From: Candidatus Binatia bacterium
GTDB lineage: Bacteria; Desulfobacterota; Binatia; UBA9968; JAJDTQ01
Direction: 5' to 3'
NCBI GenBank assembly: GCA_963666515.2
Contig: OY762897.2
Span: 2,976,001-3,040,000, forward strand
DNA: 64,000 nt
Shown here: in pieces, positions 44,959 through 54,147 of the stretch
How the letters are laid out: every line of letters starts with the position of its first letter
Position numbering within the stretch: the first letter of the stretch is position 1
Position numbers and translations under genes: made by a program
Notes under the pieces: generated by a model
What the model was told of the DNA's origin: nothing
What the model saw: only the letters and a program-made list of their open reading frames with translations
Database searches by the model: none

Positions 44959-46512
44959 TCATTCCGTTGGCGACGGTGAAAGGCCGGCGTCGTAGATCGC
45001 GCGCACCGTCTCGATGGTGTCCGCCTGCTCCGCGCGCTTGTCGGGCCGGTAACGTTTTACGCGGGCGAAGCGCAGGGCCAGACCTGCGGGATACTGCGGG
45101 CTCGCCTGAAGGTCGTTGAAGGCCACCTCCACCACCGCCTCCGGCCGCACGTACACGGTGTGCCGGTCCCGGGCGGTCTCCAGCCGCTGCAACAACTCCG
45201 TCTGCTCCATGAGCATGGCGTCTGTCAAGCCCTTGAAGGTCTTGCCGAGCATGACGAACGGGCCGCCGGACGGGTCCCGGGCGCCCAGGTGCAGGTTGCT
45301 GAGCCAGCCCCGCCGGCGGCCGTGGCCCCACTCCGCGGCCAGCACCACCAGGTCCAGGGTGTGCACGCGCTTGATCTTGAGCCAGTTGCGGCTGCGCTCG
45401 CCGGCCTCGTACAGAGCGTCCGGGGCCTTGGCCATGACCCCCTCGTGGCCCGCGGCCACGGCCGCGGCGAAGAACTCCCCGGCCGCGGCCGCACTGTCGG
45501 TGACCATCCGCGGCATCCGCAGGGCGGCCGGGACGGTGGCGGCCAGGGCGCGGACACGCTCCCGGCCGGCAGCGTCGATGAGGGTCTCGCCGTCGAGGTA
45601 GAGGCAGTCGAAGAAGTACGGGGTCAGGGGCAGCTCGCGGCGCAGCCCGGTCAGGTCGAGCTTGCGGCCGAACCGCCGCATGGTGGTCTGGAACGGATGG
45701 GGCTTGCCGTCCTGCCGGAAGGCCAGCACCTCGCCGTCCAGGATGGCTTCGCGCGCATCGAGCGTGCTGACCAACTCGACCAGCTCGGGCGCCGCTCCGG
45801 CCACGTCCCTGAGCCCCCGGCTGAACACCGCCACCTCCGACCCCACCTTGTGGACCTGCACGCGCGCGCCGTCCATCTTGTATTCGAGCGCCGCGGTGCC
45901 GAGCTGCCGCATGGCCTCGGCGACGTCGTCACAGGGCTGCGCCAGGGCCGGCAGGATGGGCCGCCCCGGCGCGAGCTGAAATCCGCTCAGCCCCACTTCA
46001 CCGTGAGTGAGGGCGACCGCGGCCACCTGTCCCAGGGATCCCGTGATGAAATAGGCCCGGCGCACGGCGCGGGACGGCAGCCCGGATGCCTTGGCCACGG
46101 CCTCCATCATGACGCCCTCCAGGGCGCCGTGACGCATCTCCCCCAGCACGAGGCGTTGGAGAAAGTCCCGCTCGGATTCCGAGGCCCGCCCCATCAGTCC
46201 GGCGAACTGCTCGGCCCGCCGCCGGCTCGATCCCGACCCGGTGGTCCGGCGCATGCTCTCGAAGCACGCATCGGTCTCGGCAAGAGTCAGGACCGGGCCG
46301 TCCGAAGCCGGCTCCGCGAGGGCATCCTTCAGCATGGACCAGCCGATGCCGATCCTGCCCTGGGGCAGCTCGCCGCACAGGTAGGCCACCGCGATGGGGA
46401 CCTCCGGCGGCTCCAGGCGACGCAGACAGTCGGCCAAGTGCCCGATCTTGGCGAGGCGGCTCGCGTTGCGCGTGACCTGCCCGGAAGTCTCGGCAAGCTC
46501 GTGCAGCTTCAT
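44959..46512 (-). CDS. ATP-dependent DNA ligase (LigB-like)
   Basis: EYKMDG, ILDGE, EGVMAK, WLKIK and LRFAR. Confidence 0.93.
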   Translation of the reverse strand: MKLHELAETSGQVTRNASRLAKIGHLADCLRRLEPPEVPIAVAYLCGELPQGRIGIGWSMLKDALAEPASDGPVLTLAETDACFESMRRTTGSGSSRRRAEQFAGLMGRASESERDFLQRLVLGEMRHGALEGVMMEAVAKASGLPSRAVRRAYFITGSLGQVAAVALTHGEVGLSGFQLAPGRPILPALAQPCDDVAEAMRQLGTAALEYKMDGARVQVHKVGSEVAVFSRGLRDVAGAAPELVELVSTLDAREAILDGEVLAFRQDGKPHPFQTTMRRFGRKLDLTGLRRELPLTPYFFDCLYLDGETLIDAAGRERVRALAATVPAALRMPRMVTDSAAAAGEFFAAAVAAGHEGVMAKAPDALYEAGERSRNWLKIKRVHTLDLVVLAAEWGHGRRRGWLSNLHLGARDPSGGPFVMLGKTFKGLTDAMLMEQTELLQRLETARDRHTVYVRPEAVVEVAFNDLQASPQYPAGLALRFARVKRYRPDKRAEQADTIETVRAIYDAGLSPSPTE

Positions 46513-46527
46513 GAAGAGGCCTCCGGA

Positions 46528-47754
46528 CTACAAGCGCAAAGCGTACAGCGGCACGTACACTTCATCGGACGACAACCCGCCATGGTTGCCCTTGTGGACC
46601 GGGGCCTTGGTCAAGGCAGCGGTCACCCGAAAGGCGTAGTCGTCCCGGGCGAGCAGAACATGATCGCCGACCCGGCCGCGCAGGGAGGGGTGCTGCCGGC
46701 CCGGCCCCAGGAGCCCGCTCTCGATCAGCTCTTCTCCCGTAATGCACACGCACGAGTCCCCCAGGCGCCGGGCCACCACGTCGTGGAAGCGCTCCACACG
46801 CCCCGGACGGACGAAACACGAGACTTGGCGGGCATCGCCGGAGGGGAGCAGCGCGAGGCAGTCGAGCAGGCCCGGGACTTCGGTCAGCTCGACCCGCTTG
46901 GGCGGCGGCGCGTCCACCACGCCGTGGTCCGCGGTGACCAGGAGCAAAGTCCCGGTCCCGGCCAGCCGGTCCGCCAGGCGCCCGAGGTACCGGTCGATCT
47001 CGGCCAGGTGCCGCCGCGTTTCCCTGGCCTGAACGCCCTTGTCGTGACAGAGGGTGTCGTAGAGAGGCCAGTAGACATACGCGAGGCCGCCGCGTGCGCC
47101 CTGACGGGCGAAGCGCGCGATCTGCCGCTCCATGCCCGTCAGGGTCTTGAAGGCGCCGTAGCCGTTCCAGCGGGTGCCCGCGTTGGAATAGGCGCTCCGG
47201 CCCAGGGCGCCGAACGACAGCAGCCGCTTGTGCCGGCGCACCGACGACAGGTACGAGGGCAGCCCCAGGTAGCGCCGCAGGTTGAAATCGTCCCGGGTCA
47301 TCGGGCTGCCCGTGAGGGTCCGCCCCGGCAGCACCGCGCCGACGAGGCCCAGGTCGTGCAGGTGCAGATGCCAGCTCAGCACGCCGTGCTCGGCCGGCGT
47401 GGCGCCCGTCGAGAAGGTCGTCACCGCCGCCGCGGTGGTGCTGGGAAAGACCGTGGTGATGCGCTCGCAGGGGTGCCTGGAAAAGAAACGGCCGCCGCCC
47501 CCGGCAGCCGTGAACCGGCGCAGTTGATTGTACCCCACGCCGTCGAGCAGCAGGCAGACGGTGCGCGAGACGCCGTCGAACAACCGCGTATCCGGGACCT
47601 TGAGCCTGGGATGAGGAGAGGCGCCGCCCAGCGCGTGAACGACGGACGAGAGCAGGTTCACGATGGAGCCGCCGTCGTAGTCGGGGAAGTGGAACCCGCC
47701 CGCGGTCTTCAGGCGCTGGAGGACTCGGGCGTTGCCGCCGTGAGACTGGTTCAT
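46528..47754 (-). CDS. Alkaline phosphatase superfamily / nucleotide pyrophosphatase-phosphodiesterase
   Basis: LLDG, FPSTT, DTLCH, TADHG and GNHGG. Start uncertain. Confidence 0.85.
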   Translation of the reverse strand: MNQSHGGNARVLQRLKTAGGFHFPDYDGGSIVNLLSSVVHALGGASPHPRLKVPDTRLFDGVSRTVCLLLDGVGYNQLRRFTAAGGGGRFFSRHPCERITTVFPSTTAAAVTTFSTGATPAEHGVLSWHLHLHDLGLVGAVLPGRTLTGSPMTRDDFNLRRYLGLPSYLSSVRRHKRLLSFGALGRSAYSNAGTRWNGYGAFKTLTGMERQIARFARQGARGGLAYVYWPLYDTLCHDKGVQARETRRHLAEIDRYLGRLADRLAGTGTLLLVTADHGVVDAPPPKRVELTEVPGLLDCLALLPSGDARQVSCFVRPGRVERFHDVVARRLGDSCVCITGEELIESGLLGPGRQHPSLRGRVGDHVLLARDDYAFRVTAALTKAPVHKGNHGGLSSDEVYVPLYALRL

Positions 47755-47863
47755 GGGCGATGTCACGATTCCGGCCATGCGGCCGTCTTGAACGATAGAA
47801 CAGCACCGGTGGTCGAGCAACCGTTCCTGACCCTTGACTCGTGGAAAGGGAATCTGAGAAGAA

Positions 47864-49837
47864 ATGTACGACCCTCCTGAACGGTGGCCCTGCGACGTGA
47901 ACGAAACCCAAAGCGGATCCGAGACCTCCGGCAACCCGACCGTGATCCGGCTCCTGATCGTCGGCTTGTCGTTGTTCCTCGCCCTTTTCCACCTGTACAC
48001 CGGCGTGTTCGGCACTCTGAATGCGATGCTACAACGCAGCATTCATTTAGGGGTCGCCCTGGTGCTGGTCTTCCTGATTTATCCCTCAAAAAGGGGGAGC
48101 AAGGGCACGCCGGGCGTCTCCAATTACATTTTCCTGGCGCTCACGATCGTGTCGATGGGCTATCTCTATTGGAATGCCGAGTATCTGACCCAAGAGCGCA
48201 TCTCCATGTTGACACCGGCCACGTTGATCGAGACGGCTCTTGGCATTTGCCTGATATCGGTCGTTCTCGAAGGCGTGCGAAGAACGCTCGGTATGCCTCT
48301 GGCCGTCGTCGTTGCCGTGTTCATCCTCTACTACGTCGTCGGCCCGTATTTCCCGTCCGACGGCATCGGCTATGCGGCGCTCGGCTACGAAGTCTTTATC
48401 GACAATCAATACCTGTCGCTGGCCGGCATGTTCGGCCTGGCGCTGGGCATCTCGGCCACGTTCCTGCCGCTGTTCATCATCTTCGGACGCATCATGCACG
48501 CCACCGGTTTCGGCGGCTTCCTGACGGACTTCGCCATGGGCGTCGCGGGGCGGACCCGGGGCGGGCCGGCGAAAGTTGCGATCATTTCCAGCGCGCTCTT
48601 CGGCACCATCAACGGCAGCGCCACGGCGAATGCGCTGACCACGGGCAATTTCACCATCCCGCTGATGAAGCGGTCCGGCTACTCGAATCACTTTTCCGCC
48701 GGGGTCGAGGCATCCGCCTCGACCGGCGGCCAGATAATGCCGCCGATCATGGGAGCGGCCGCCTTCCTGATGGCCGAGTTCGCCAGGATTCCCTACGTCA
48801 CCATCATGCAGTACGCGATCTTTCCGGCGATCCTCTTCTTCCTGGGCATCTTCGTCACGGTCGACCTGGAGGCCAAGAAGCTGCGGCTCAAGGGCCTCGA
48901 CAGCGACGAACTGCCGGACTGGAAATCCCAGGTTCCGAAATATCTTCATTTGCTGGTGCCCATCGGAATCCTGATCTGGCTGATCGTCCAGAACCGCTCG
49001 CTGATGTATTCGATAACGGTCTCGATCATCGCCTTGTTCGTCTTCGCCTATTTGCGCAGCGCCACCCGCATGAACTGGCGGGCGCTGTTCGACGCCCTGG
49101 TGGCGTCGAGCCGCGACATTCTCGGAGTCGCCATGGCGACGGCGGCGGTCGGCATCATCGTCGGGATCGTCGGTCTGACGGGGCTGGGGATCAAGCTCTC
49201 TTCCCTGATGGTGGACCTCAGCGTCGGCAACCTGCTGGCGTCGCTGCTGCTTGCGTTCCTGGGCGCGATGGTCCTCGGAATGACCATGAACACCTCGGCG
49301 GTCTATCTGCTGCTGGTGGCGCTGATCATACCGGGGCTGCTCAAGGTCGGTCTGGCGGTGCCGCAGGCGCACTTCTTCGGCTTCTACTTCGGCGTGCTGG
49401 CCCAGGTCACCCCTCCGGTGGCCGTGACCGCCTACGCGGCTGCGGGGCTTGCCCAGGCCGACCTGAACAAGACGGGCTATGCCGCGGTCAAGCTGTGCGC
49501 GTCGGGCTTCGTGGTCCCGTTCATGTTCGCGTACTCGCCCGAATTGATGTTGATCGGCTCCTGGCAGGACATCGCCATCGCCGTACCGTCCGCCTTGATC
49601 GGCGTCTACGTGGTGTCGGTGGTGGCGTCGGCGTACTGGCTGACGCGGATGCGCTGGTATGAACGCCTGGTGGCGCTGGGTGGCGCCCTTCTGAGCATTT
49701 TCCCGGGAATCTGGTCCGATATCACCGGCCTCGCGCTGATCGCGCTCGTGTTGGCCAGCCAGTTCAAGCGCGTCCGGGACGAAGACGGGCGCGCAGGGAT
49801 CCGCGAGTATGACGTTGATGCAGGTGTCACGAAGTGA
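47864..49837 (+). CDS. TRAP transporter fused 4TM/12TM permease (TAXI type)
   Basis: GGPAKVA, STGGQIMPPIMGAAAF and VTPPVA. Confidence 0.92.
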   Translation: MYDPPERWPCDVNETQSGSETSGNPTVIRLLIVGLSLFLALFHLYTGVFGTLNAMLQRSIHLGVALVLVFLIYPSKRGSKGTPGVSNYIFLALTIVSMGYLYWNAEYLTQERISMLTPATLIETALGICLISVVLEGVRRTLGMPLAVVVAVFILYYVVGPYFPSDGIGYAALGYEVFIDNQYLSLAGMFGLALGISATFLPLFIIFGRIMHATGFGGFLTDFAMGVAGRTRGGPAKVAIISSALFGTINGSATANALTTGNFTIPLMKRSGYSNHFSAGVEASASTGGQIMPPIMGAAAFLMAEFARIPYVTIMQYAIFPAILFFLGIFVTVDLEAKKLRLKGLDSDELPDWKSQVPKYLHLLVPIGILIWLIVQNRSLMYSITVSIIALFVFAYLRSATRMNWRALFDALVASSRDILGVAMATAAVGIIVGIVGLTGLGIKLSSLMVDLSVGNLLASLLLAFLGAMVLGMTMNTSAVYLLLVALIIPGLLKVGLAVPQAHFFGFYFGVLAQVTPPVAVTAYAAAGLAQADLNKTGYAAVKLCASGFVVPFMFAYSPELMLIGSWQDIAIAVPSALIGVYVVSVVASAYWLTRMRWYERLVALGGALLSIFPGIWSDITGLALIALVLASQFKRVRDEDGRAGIREYDVDAGVTK

Positions 49838-49923
49838 GAAAGGAGGACAATAGCCAGGCCCTTTGGAATGCGTTCAACAACACGGCCCTATCCGCTGACC
49901 GTCAATACCAAGGAGGAAATGTC

Positions 49924-50901
49924 ATGAACAAAGGGAAATCGGCGGCGCTCTTCGCCGCGGCTGTCCTGATCTCGATTTCGGTCGCGTTCTCCGGCATCCC
50001 GAACGCGGCCGCCCAGAGCAAGACGGTTGACTTTTTCCTGGCCACCTCCGGGCCGGGCAGTTCGTTCTATCCGCTTTCGGTGGCTCTCGCGGAGGTGTGG
50101 AAGAAAAACATTCCCGGACTCAACGTCAGCCTGGCGCCGGGCGGCGGTGTCGGATCGGTGGTCGCCACCGGCACGGCCAAGGCTCATGTGGGCATGACGC
50201 TCTCCAGCGCCGCGGTGGACGGGATCAAGGGCAGACCTCCCTTTCCGCAACCGCATCCGGACGTGCGCGCCCTGGCATCGCTCGACCCGCAAGCCTTCCA
50301 GTTCCTTGCCTACAAGCGGTCGGGGCTCACCAAGCTTGAAGATCTGGCCGGCAAGCGTGTCTATGTCAAGCCGAAGAGATTCGCCGCCCATGCCATCAAT
50401 CTTCTGGTGCTGAAGGTTCACGGAATGACGCTCGACAGCCTCTCGAAGGCCGAGACGGTGTCCAAGCCCGACGCGGTCAACCTGTTCAAGGACGGCCACG
50501 TCGATGCGATGCTGTGGATGGGGCCGGTTCCGGACTCGCTGATCATGAACGCCTCGCTCAACCGTCCCATCAATCTTCTGCGGATATCCGATGCGAAGAA
50601 GCAGGAGCTTCGGAAGATCAACCCGGGCATCGTTCCGCTGGTGCTGCCCAAGGGGCTTTACCCCGGCGTGGATGCGGATTTCCAAACCCTGTCCGTGCCG
50701 CGCGTGCTGGTCATGAGCAAGAACGTTTCGGACGACAAGGCCTACAGCCTGGCGAAGACCCTGGTGGAGAAATGGGAAGACCTGAAACTGGCGGATCCCG
50801 GGCTCAAGCTGGTGAAGGTCGAGAGCACCGCCACCGACTTCGGCGTCACCTATCATCCGGGCGCCGCCAAGTACTACAAGGAACGAGGGTGGATGAAATA
50901 G
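49924..50901 (+). CDS. TAXI family TRAP solute-binding protein
   Basis: Signal peptide, ATSGPGSSFY and YHPGAAKYYKE. Confidence 0.9.
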   Translation: MNKGKSAALFAAAVLISISVAFSGIPNAAAQSKTVDFFLATSGPGSSFYPLSVALAEVWKKNIPGLNVSLAPGGGVGSVVATGTAKAHVGMTLSSAAVDGIKGRPPFPQPHPDVRALASLDPQAFQFLAYKRSGLTKLEDLAGKRVYVKPKRFAAHAINLLVLKVHGMTLDSLSKAETVSKPDAVNLFKDGHVDAMLWMGPVPDSLIMNASLNRPINLLRISDAKKQELRKINPGIVPLVLPKGLYPGVDADFQTLSVPRVLVMSKNVSDDKAYSLAKTLVEKWEDLKLADPGLKLVKVESTATDFGVTYHPGAAKYYKERGWMK

Positions 50902-50994
50902 GGCTACCGGGTGGACGAAGGGATCGATCCCGTTCGCCGGGTCCCCGCCCGGCGACGCGGGGTCGGTCCCGCTTCGTCGCCTGCGTCAACCAGA

Positions 50995-52041
50995 ATGAAG
51001 GGGAAGACATTGCCGGCACTTGAGTCCACGAAGGACAGATTCGAACGAATGCTCCTGATCCGGCGGTTCGAGGAAGGCATGTTGCGCCTGCACGGGCGGG
51101 GCATCCTGCCGTGCCACTTTCACGTCTCGATCGGGCAGGAAGCCACCGCGGTCGCGGTCTGCGGCGCCGCGGAGGAGCATGACGTGCTCTTTACCAATCA
51201 CCGGAGCAACGGCCACCTGATCGCCCGCGGCGCCGATCCGGGATGGATGTTCGCTGAGCAGTTGGGCCGCGTCGGCGGCAACACCAACGGCAAAGGCGGA
51301 ACGCTGCACATGATCGCGCCCGAGCTGGGGATGCCCTGGACCACTTCGCTGGTCGGATGCAGCGTCCCGATGGCGGTGGGCGCGGCCCTGATCCACAAGC
51401 AGCAGCGCCGGCCCGGCGTCGTCATCGCCTTCTTCGGTGACGGCGTGATGGAGGAGGGCGCCTTTTACGAGGGGATCAACCTGGCCGCCTTGTGGCACGT
51501 GCCGCTTGTTTGTGTCTGCGAGAACAACGGCGTGCCGACCGAGCTGCGAAAGCTCGACACCACGCAGCCCTCCACGTTTCTGGCCAGACGCCTCGCCGAC
51601 ATTCCGTCCGCGTTCGGCATCCCCTGCGCCACCATCGACGGCGCCGACGTGGAGGGGCTGTTCGACCTGATGACGGAGGTGGTGGGCACGGTTCGGCGCG
51701 ACCTGGCGCCGTATTTCGTCGAGGTCCGCACGACGCGCTATCCGGGCAACCGGGCCCTGTGGCCGGAGCTGGCGGGGGCGGAAACCGACCTCGCCTGGGC
51801 CTGGGACGAAGGTGAACCGCCCGAGCAACTGGCCGCCTGGAGCCGGGACAGCGATCCGCTGATGGGCTTTGTTCGGAGGCTGCTGGCCCAGGGCGCGGTC
51901 TCCCGCGATGACGTAACCCGGATCGATGCCGCCATCGCCGCGCGGATCGATGAGGCGATGGAGTCCGCCATCCGCAGCCCGCAGCCGCCGCCCGATAGCG
52001 CTTACGGGGATGTCTGGGCCGCTCGGGAGGGCTCGTCATGA
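50995..52041 (+). CDS. ThDP-dependent dehydrogenase E1 alpha-like subunit
   Basis: IRRFEE, HVSIGQEA and FFGDG...ENN. Confidence 0.88.
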   Translation: MKGKTLPALESTKDRFERMLLIRRFEEGMLRLHGRGILPCHFHVSIGQEATAVAVCGAAEEHDVLFTNHRSNGHLIARGADPGWMFAEQLGRVGGNTNGKGGTLHMIAPELGMPWTTSLVGCSVPMAVGAALIHKQQRRPGVVIAFFGDGVMEEGAFYEGINLAALWHVPLVCVCENNGVPTELRKLDTTQPSTFLARRLADIPSAFGIPCATIDGADVEGLFDLMTEVVGTVRRDLAPYFVEVRTTRYPGNRALWPELAGAETDLAWAWDEGEPPEQLAAWSRDSDPLMGFVRRLLAQGAVSRDDVTRIDAAIAARIDEAMESAIRSPQPPPDSAYGDVWAAREGSS

Positions 52042-53036
52042 AGATGTCGTACTTGAAGGGCCTTGCGCTCGCCATCGACGAAGCCATGGCGGCTGAGCCC
52101 CGGGTCATTCTGATGGGCTCTCGCATGGGCGGCCACCTCACCGCGCAGGAAAACGAGGCATTCGCCGGCGTGCTGGATCGCTACGCGGAGCGAATTTTCA
52201 TGAACGTGCCCATCGCCGAATTCGGGCTCGCCGGCGCCGCGGTCGGCGCCTCCCTGGCGGGCGGCCGGCCGCTCCTGAGCTTCAACATCGGCAGTTTCAT
52301 GCTGCATGGCTTCCCGCCGATCGTGAACGAGGCTCCCAACGTACACTACACCACCGGAGGACGGTGCAGCGCGCCGGTCACGTATTACGCGCTGGGCGGC
52401 ATCCGGGGGGGCGGTTCGTCCCAGCATTCGCATCGGTTGCAGGCGATGCTGGGCAACGTTCCGGGGCTGCAGATACTTGCGCCGGCAACGGCCGGCGACG
52501 CCTATGGACTGCTCAAATGGTGCCTGCTCGAGAGCCGGAACCCGACGGTCTTCTTCGCGCACACCGATTTGCTCCTGTCCGAGGACGAGGCCGATGGGGC
52601 GTCGCCGTTGTTGCCCGTCGGGTCGGCCCGCATCAGCCGGGCCGGACACGACATCACCCTGATCGCGCATTCCGTGACGGTGCCGAGGGCCCTCGCCGCG
52701 GCGGACGCCCTGGCGGCGGATCACGGCGTTTCCGCCGAAGTGATCGACCTGCGGACGCTGGCGCCGCTCGACGCGGCGACCGTGGTCGACTCCGTACGAA
52801 AGACCGGACACGCGGTGGTCGTCGACGAGTGCCACAAGAGCTTCGGCGTCAACGCCGAAATCGCGGCCACGCTGGCGGAAGCGGCCTTGTCCCATCTGAA
52901 GGCGCCCATTGGCCGTGTGGCCACGGCCGACGTGCCGATCCCCTACAACCTGAGCCTGGAGCGCGAGATCAGCGTGACCCCGGACAAGATCGTCCAGGGA
53001 GCGCTGTCAACGCTGGAGGGTCGAGCGTCGTGTTGA
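52038..53036 (+). CDS. ThDP-dependent dehydrogenase E1 beta-like subunit
   Basis: PIAE, QHS and EVIDLRTLAPLD; ATGA overlap with the alpha gene. Confidence 0.88.
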   Translation: MKMSYLKGLALAIDEAMAAEPRVILMGSRMGGHLTAQENEAFAGVLDRYAERIFMNVPIAEFGLAGAAVGASLAGGRPLLSFNIGSFMLHGFPPIVNEAPNVHYTTGGRCSAPVTYYALGGIRGGGSSQHSHRLQAMLGNVPGLQILAPATAGDAYGLLKWCLLESRNPTVFFAHTDLLLSEDEADGASPLLPVGSARISRAGHDITLIAHSVTVPRALAAADALAADHGVSAEVIDLRTLAPLDAATVVDSVRKTGHAVVVDECHKSFGVNAEIAATLAEAALSHLKAPIGRVATADVPIPYNLSLEREISVTPDKIVQGALSTLEGRASC

Positions 53037-53076
53037 CGGAAACACGAGACACCCGTGTTCGGATGAGGTGCCGGAC

Positions 53077-54057
53077 ATGAAGGCGATGGTCGTTGTCCAG
53101 AGGAACGGACGCGGAGAGCTGGTGCTGCAAGATGTTCCCGAACCCGTTGCGGGCGAGGGCCAGGTAGCGATCCGCATGGAGGGGACCGCCGTCAGTTTCG
53201 GCGACATCGAGATGCGCAAGGGCGATTACCATACCCCTCGCAAGCCGCCGGTCATCCCGGGACACGACGTCGCCGGCACCTTGGCGGCCCTGGGGCCAGG
53301 GACGACCGGGTTCCGCGTCGGCGAGCGGGTCACGGCGATCTCGCTCACCGGGACCTACGCCGACATCGTCGTGGCGCCCGCGGCCATAACATGGTCGCTG
53401 CCGGACGAGATCGACATCATCTCGGCCGCGGCCTTGCCGACCAATGGCGTAACGTCCTACAACCTGCTCACCATGGCCGGACGCTTGGCCGCGGGCGAAA
53501 CGGTGTTGATCCACGCCGCCGCGGGCGGCGTAGGGACAACCACCTGCCAGTTGGCCAAGCTGCTCGGCGCCGGCACGGTCATCGGCACCGTCGGTGACGA
53601 ATCCAAGGCCGATCTGGCCCGAAGCCTCGGCTGCGACCACGTCATCCTGTACCGGACGGAACCCATCGCTTCCCGGGTCATGTCCATCACGGGGGGCAAG
53701 GGGGCCGATGTGATTCTCGATTCGATAGGGGGCTCGGTCACCGAGCAGAACCTCGCCTGCCTGGCCCCCTGGGGCCGCATTGTCGCCTGTGGCAAGTCAA
53801 GCGGGACTGCCGGGCAGATCCCGACCGACCTCCTGCACGCCGGAAACAAGGCCGCGATCGGGTACAGCACCGGCGGGCACCGCTACGAAAGGCCGGAAGC
53901 GTTGCGGCCGGCCGGCGACACGGTGCTCGGCTACCTGCGCTCGAAGCAACTGAAAATCGTGGTGAGCGCCCAATTTCCCCTCACCGAGGCCAACGCGGCA
54001 CTGGACCTAGTGGCAAGCCGCAAGAGCACCGGAAGGGTCGTCCTGACCAACTCCTGA
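53077..54057 (+). CDS. NADPH:quinone oxidoreductase (MDR, zeta-crystallin-like)
   Basis: IHAAAGGVG and STGRVVL; no Zn-ligand cysteines. Confidence 0.87.
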   Translation: MKAMVVVQRNGRGELVLQDVPEPVAGEGQVAIRMEGTAVSFGDIEMRKGDYHTPRKPPVIPGHDVAGTLAALGPGTTGFRVGERVTAISLTGTYADIVVAPAAITWSLPDEIDIISAAALPTNGVTSYNLLTMAGRLAAGETVLIHAAAGGVGTTTCQLAKLLGAGTVIGTVGDESKADLARSLGCDHVILYRTEPIASRVMSITGGKGADVILDSIGGSVTEQNLACLAPWGRIVACGKSSGTAGQIPTDLLHAGNKAAIGYSTGGHRYERPEALRPAGDTVLGYLRSKQLKIVVSAQFPLTEANAALDLVASRKSTGRVVLTNS

Positions 54058-54147
54058 CGGTCTGCCGACGCAACACTCAGGCCGAGCAATGATGCGAGTT
54101 TCCACCAACGCCGCTACAAGAGGCCATCGTAGCCAAGGAGGTCCTGG

